Positions 31,101 through 36,353 of a stretch of 36,353 nt of DNA are shown in pieces (the first letter of the stretch is position 1; every line of letters starts with the position of its first letter). The stretch lies in contig NKIB01015356.1 of assembly GCA_002256025.1 (NCBI GenBank), positions 1 through 36,353 on the forward strand, given 5' to 3'. The notes beneath the pieces are model-generated. The model was not told where the DNA came from. It saw only the letters and a program-made list of their open reading frames with translations, and ran no database searches. A program made the position numbers and the translations under genes. Source of the stretch: Asterionella formosa. Its lineage: Eukaryota.

Positions 31101-34100
31101 TTTGATGGAACTTGAGAGTTCGAGATTAATTCTCCTTGCGTCGCACCAAGGAACGTTAAGAAAATAGATTGATGGCGTTCGCTGTCTTCGCTACGTCGCA
31201 CAGATAATTCGAAGGAGTAAATTAAAGAATGATCTGGTATTCAGCGGAGAAAGTTAAGGTGAGAGGATTGGGCTAGTTTCTGGTGATGTTCAAGAATAAA
31301 TCTTCATACCTTCAGCATTTGTAACGCTAAACAATTGGAACGGAAGGCCCATGAGAACTTCCTTGTTCAGTAAGGGCGTCGGCTGCCTCAATTCTGTTTC
31401 AATCATTGTGGCAGCCCGAGCCACATCCAAGCTGGACACTGGACGAGCCTGCATCGGTGGAAAAATGTTGTAACTAGCCTGCATCGGTGGAATGTTGGGA
31501 CTTGGCACCTTATTGGTTGACTTTGCAACCTGGCCTTCGGGCATAGTGGCAGCCAATTCCTCATCGCCGAGGGCCTTGGCCATCTTTCGGACTTGCGCCT
31601 TCCATGAGCTGATCGTTGCAATCGAACCGTCCCCTCTCAAAAAAGGCAAACCTTCAATCTCCCGCCACTTTGCATAAGCCATGGCTGTTGGAGTGGTTTT
31701 GGTGCTTAATAAATCATGAGCCGTTTTGATCGAAGTTGTATCAAAGAACCGCCTAGCGCTCGCGCTCAATGAGTCCATAGGGTTCTGGTGAATTACGATG
31801 TTCTTTTTCGACTTCTTCGTCACTGTGGTGTTTCTTTCAGATGCATCCTTTTTCTTTCGTGTCTTCGCCGGTGGGTCCTTCATTTCTGAATCAAGATTCT
31901 TTGCTGGTGGACCCTTTATTTCTGAATCATGCTTCTTCGCCTTTGAATCGAATGATTTCGTTTCGTTTGAATCAATTTCTTTGTTCTGGATATTATGTTT
32001 CGGATCACTTTTCTTCGTTATTTCATCTTTCGATGAATCAGTCTGAATCTCTTCGAGTTTTGCTCTCACGCGCTGTGTCCAGTCGTACAAGAGCCGCACA
32101 CAAGTGCTGGCATGAGCTGGAATTTTGGTTAGTTCCGTCCTGAACTTCATTAGAGAGACTGTGATGTCTGAGTCAATATGTTTCTCAACATCGATCAGCT
32201 GCTCTGCAGTCGTTATCCCTACCGAACCCAAAAAGAAGGTATTATCTGATTTCAAGACAGACGAGAGGAAGTCAGGCGATCGTAAGGCAACTTCTGCATC
32301 CTTATAAAGAGCAGCTTTAAATTCTTTCCCTGGTTTTCGTGAAAGTTTCTTATTTTTGTCTGGGACAAGGGCTTCCATTGGATCTGCTGGTAGTTCTTTC
32401 ATTTGCTCCTCATCGCTTAGAACGCGTCCTTCGTCTCTTTCGATTTCCAGCGATTCTTTCACTGCGGTTTTCCATCCTGATATCATGGCAACCTTTCCAC
32501 TGCCTTTCAAAACGGGCATTTTGTGAAGGTCTCTCCAGGCAACTAATCGATCAGACCATTCCTTTGTACGTTCCTCAATAAATGAAGAAGGTTCTGTCAC
32601 CTTGCACTCCTTGATTATGAAGTCGACAGCACTTCCAGTAAACATAACAAGAACTGTACTCATCCATTTCTTCGTGAACTCATCGACTGGAGGGATCGCA
32701 CTTATCGCTTTTTCGGTTCTTATAGCTATTCCTGTCAAATGTCTGGCTAATGGAAAACTCTTTATAGCAGACAGGCCACAGTGGCTTCGCCATGCCCTAT
32801 ATTCTGGAATCAAACTGGAAGATTCAGTTTTCTTCATGGATAAGAAGGAAAAAAGTGATTTCACCTTGATGGTTTCCAAAAAGTTCAAAAGACATTTCGG
32901 GAACAGACAGGCTATAGGGCCATTGATAGGAAATTGACGACTCACACTATCTGCCTTTCCTTTCCCATCAAAGAACTTCTCCAGAGCTTCTCGCCAACAA
33001 TCCAAGAGTTTACTAGCCCTTTTCAGTTCGTCTGCAGTGGGGTGGCGAAGGCATGGCAACTTCGTAGAGACAACGACAGAGTCCTTTTGTTCTGGTATGC
33101 TATCCGTTTTCTCGTTTCCATTTCGTTCCTCACCAATACTCGATTGCGCTTTACGAGCTGAACTATGACTGATATGAGACATAAGCGCGGACTCGGCAAG
33201 TTGGTTGGCGCTTATGACTTGCGCTATAGTGCTCGTTCGTTTTGGCCCCGAAGGGTTGGACTGATATGATGCTGTGGCTCGTGCGACAATGGAAGTAAGG
33301 TCGTCCACACCATCTGTGTCCATGGAATCCAATTCCTCCAGATTAAGGGCCTTTGGCGCATGAAGGGAACATATCTCCATTTTCGTGTCTTGCACTTGGA
33401 AGGCTTTTTGATTATTAATTAACCCTAATTCTTCCTTCATTTTCTTGTTGGTTGCCTCAGCTTCCTCCACACCAGAAGTATCATCGTGGTTGCGATCATC
33501 ACTTGCGATTTCATCGGGTTTGTCGCGCAAATCACTTTTTGTTCTTTGATTAATGATCACAACAGCCGGGGATAACGAAGAAGGTATCGAAGTAGAGATT
33601 CCATTCGTTGACAAATTTTCGTTTATAAAAATAGTAGGCGCAATTTTCTCCGTCGAAAGTGGCAGCCTTCTGATAAGTGGACTTGACGCTGTCTTTCTTT
33701 GCAGCTTGCGATAATTCTCGTCACATTTACCTGCAGCACCAAGAGAAAAGCTGAGTTGCTCACATGTGAAGATCCAGTTCTCTTCTGCTAGCCACCGACA
33801 CTCCTTCTTGGATACGACACAAGCTAAATCTGTTACGTGAGTCAGCAACTTTAATGCCTGGCATTGGTCTTTCGTGGAGTGAAACCGATGATCGGACAAT
33901 GGCTTCGTTCCTCTAGTATTTTCATGTTTCTTCTTGATATCTTTCGCATTCTTGTTAGAATCAGGATCCCGAAGTTGCTGTGCAAATTTTGGAACTTCGC
34001 GTTCTTCGGAACAATGTCCGTCCATAGCATCCGCATTAATGTCGATTGCACATGTCTCTACATCCGAGCTGCCTTTTTTATACTCGCTCGATAATGGCTT

Positions 34101-35114
34101 GATAATATGTTGATCGACCAAGTTTGGCGGCTCAACTGGATTCACTTGCGCAATCGTGATAACAGGATGGGTACAAGGTTTGGACGGACTTGGGGACTCG
34201 ATAACAATCCCAGGGACTGGTATGGTCCCTAGATCGATAATAGTAGGCACCAAAGTGACGCTGACTTGCCTGGGTTGAGTTGGTGGCTGGTCAGGAATGG
34301 AAGGGGCTTGTGGAACAGGCACAGTCGCTGGAAAACCACTGAGTTGCTTCGGCTGACTAAGTGGCTTAATAGGAGTTATTGGCTTGCCCAAAGGCGCTGA
34401 TTCCATGACTTGAGCTCGCGGCTCGACAATATTGCCCGGAACAAGCGCATCGCGTGCACAAAACGGATTTCCACGAGCTCGGATAGAAGCATGGAACCCA
34501 AGATCTAACGAAGAGGGGACGCTTGATGCGGGCTCGTGATCCGGAGGGGGGACATCGGAACCGGATAGAAACGGGCGTTCTTCCATGTTAAATTCGTCTC
34601 TTACAGATTTGGTCCGTCTTTTCTTCGATGTAGAGTCGTCGTCGAGGACTTCACACGAGATGGGAAACGGCCTCTTGCCATGGGGCATGGCACCCAATAG
34701 CATGGCACTATCAAACTTCCCAGAAAGCGGTCGATGTGGAAATCCCTTACGTGACACTCCCGAGTAATTATTGCTGCTATCCACGGCGACAAGTGGGGCA
34801 GCATATCTATTAATAGGGAATTGAGGTCCCTCCCTTAGCCTGCCCTTCCCACTGGAGATTTGCTGATGATGGGCATGCACATTCTCTCTTGAAGCCATAT
34901 TTAAAGTGGATGCTTTGATTTGATCATGTTGAGGAGCAGCCAGGGGAAGAGATAGTCCAGGTGCCTTGGGTGATCCAGTGGAAATTTGTCCTGCAATACT
35001 GTGTATGGCTTTTGTTTGTGATGGCACATTTCCCCTCTGTCCTATATCTCCTGGGGTCACGGGGTTGTCCTCGTCCATGCTATCCTCAAATTGATCCCAT
35101 GTTTGGATGTCCAT
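28157..35114 (-). CDS. ~2290-aa multidomain putative chromatin protein (repeated HhH-like modules, SET-like segment, MRG-like domain, Cys/His domain); exons 35114-31310 and 31233-28157
   Basis: A 76-bp phase-1 intron at 31234-31309 (G|GTATGA...CCAG|AT) joins the 1274-aa and 1014-aa ORFs in frame (NAE-D-HSLIYSFELSV). Domain calls are by motif resemblance only. Confidence 0.8.
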
Positions 35115-36353
35115 AATAGTGAGGGTCGGTAAAAATCTAAGACGTGACTGGACGGCGATACAGTAAAAGTGTGAGCGAAATCATCATACATAATTTACGT
35201 ACATAGGCATTGGCAGCCCTTTTATCTAACCATTTCCGAAATTCATCCCAACTACTAGATAGCCAAGATGAGGACGTAAAAATGAAATCCTCCTATGGCA
35301 AACTCCTCAAAAATCAAAGCAATGTCTGAAATTTTTTGCCCCGCAAATAAATGCTAGTACAGCACACTATGTTTCCGACTGTACGTCGTCAGTTTTTCTC
35401 AATAGTACATATGGTTGTCGTTCTTGTTGTACCTTTTCTTGTGTCGCTTTGGGGCACATTTATAAATTCATTCTCGCGTCGCATGTTGGAAGTTACCTTC
35501 TTGTTATCGATGTCATTAGCAACCATGTTAATCCAATTTGTAGTACTACAACATACCTTTTTACCTTATCAATGACGACAAGGAGAAAGCACTCGTGACA
35601 CTTTGTTCTCAACAAAATGCATAACGCGCAGAATCACATTTATGTGTATTTTCTTACCACAGCATCCGTCCTCCTTGCGATACCGGTATCTGCTAAGGAG
35701 TAGGTATACTTTTCTTGATCATGTGCAGTAGGATGTAAACATCCAAGTATGATGTGTACGCACATGATGTACTGGTATACTGCACTTCTTATGTAATACC
35801 AGGTACCTGTTAAAGAGACTACGGTAGTATGGCACTTATATGTAGAATTGTACTGGAACTCCTAGTACGAATACCAGAACGCAAAAGAAGGCGGGGTGGC
35901 ATTATGAATGATCTACGGGACTTTTCCCAAACAGGGTTGAAAAAGAGAAAACTATTCGTAAATTCAACTGCCCATTGGCATTTGCACCACAATTGCACCA
36001 CTATTACTTAGAGAAACCAAATTTGCACCATCAGGCTACCCATATATAAAATCCGTGCTACTGCCTGCACTACCGTAGGGATATTTTCTACATGGGATCA
36101 CGATCAGATTCATATAAGATATGTATTTTGTAGTTGCCAACATTCGTGGGCTACCCGGTACATACTGAGCGATCTTGCGCATCAATACAGATGTATATAG
36201 GGTTAGTGTTATATCATATATGTATCAGAACTCAATAATGAGAGAACTCGACTAACCCTCATTGTATACTTTGGTGTCGACTTGGAGAACGAGTTACACA
36301 CAAGGATTAACAAATAAGCTCATATATTCAACAAATACTACTACTTCTAGTTA

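Noticed and set aside
31870..31930. 36-bp coding duplication (DSEIKGPPAK/DSEMKDPPAK)
   Set aside because: An ordinary short duplication in a disordered linker.

Overview
Eukaryotic nuclear DNA, most likely from a diatom: the genes are intron-poor with short GT-AG introns, one protein has a bipartite plastid-targeting presequence, and several motifs resemble diatom-type families. About ten protein-coding genes are supported: an Mpr1-like GNAT acetyltransferase, an ankyrin-repeat protein, plastid LTO1 (VKOR-thioredoxin), an unknown C2-like protein, a P1B-2 Zn/Cd ATPase with several N-terminal HMA domains, a small single-TM protein, a PHYHD1-like dioxygenase, a 1368-aa coiled-coil protein, a two-exon KDM4-like JmjN/JmjC demethylase, and a ~2290-aa spliced protein with repeated HhH-like modules plus SET-like, MRG-like and Cys/His domains. 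The non-coding DNA holds a ~2.3-kb foldback-type inverted-repeat element (3131-5430), a tRNA-derived Pol III head (possible SINE, ~12116-12176), tandem duplications, hairpins, CpG-poor relics and intergenic GTACCAG/GGTACC motif clusters. No rRNA, intact tRNA or CRISPR array was seen. All domain calls come from reading motifs by eye; no database search was run.
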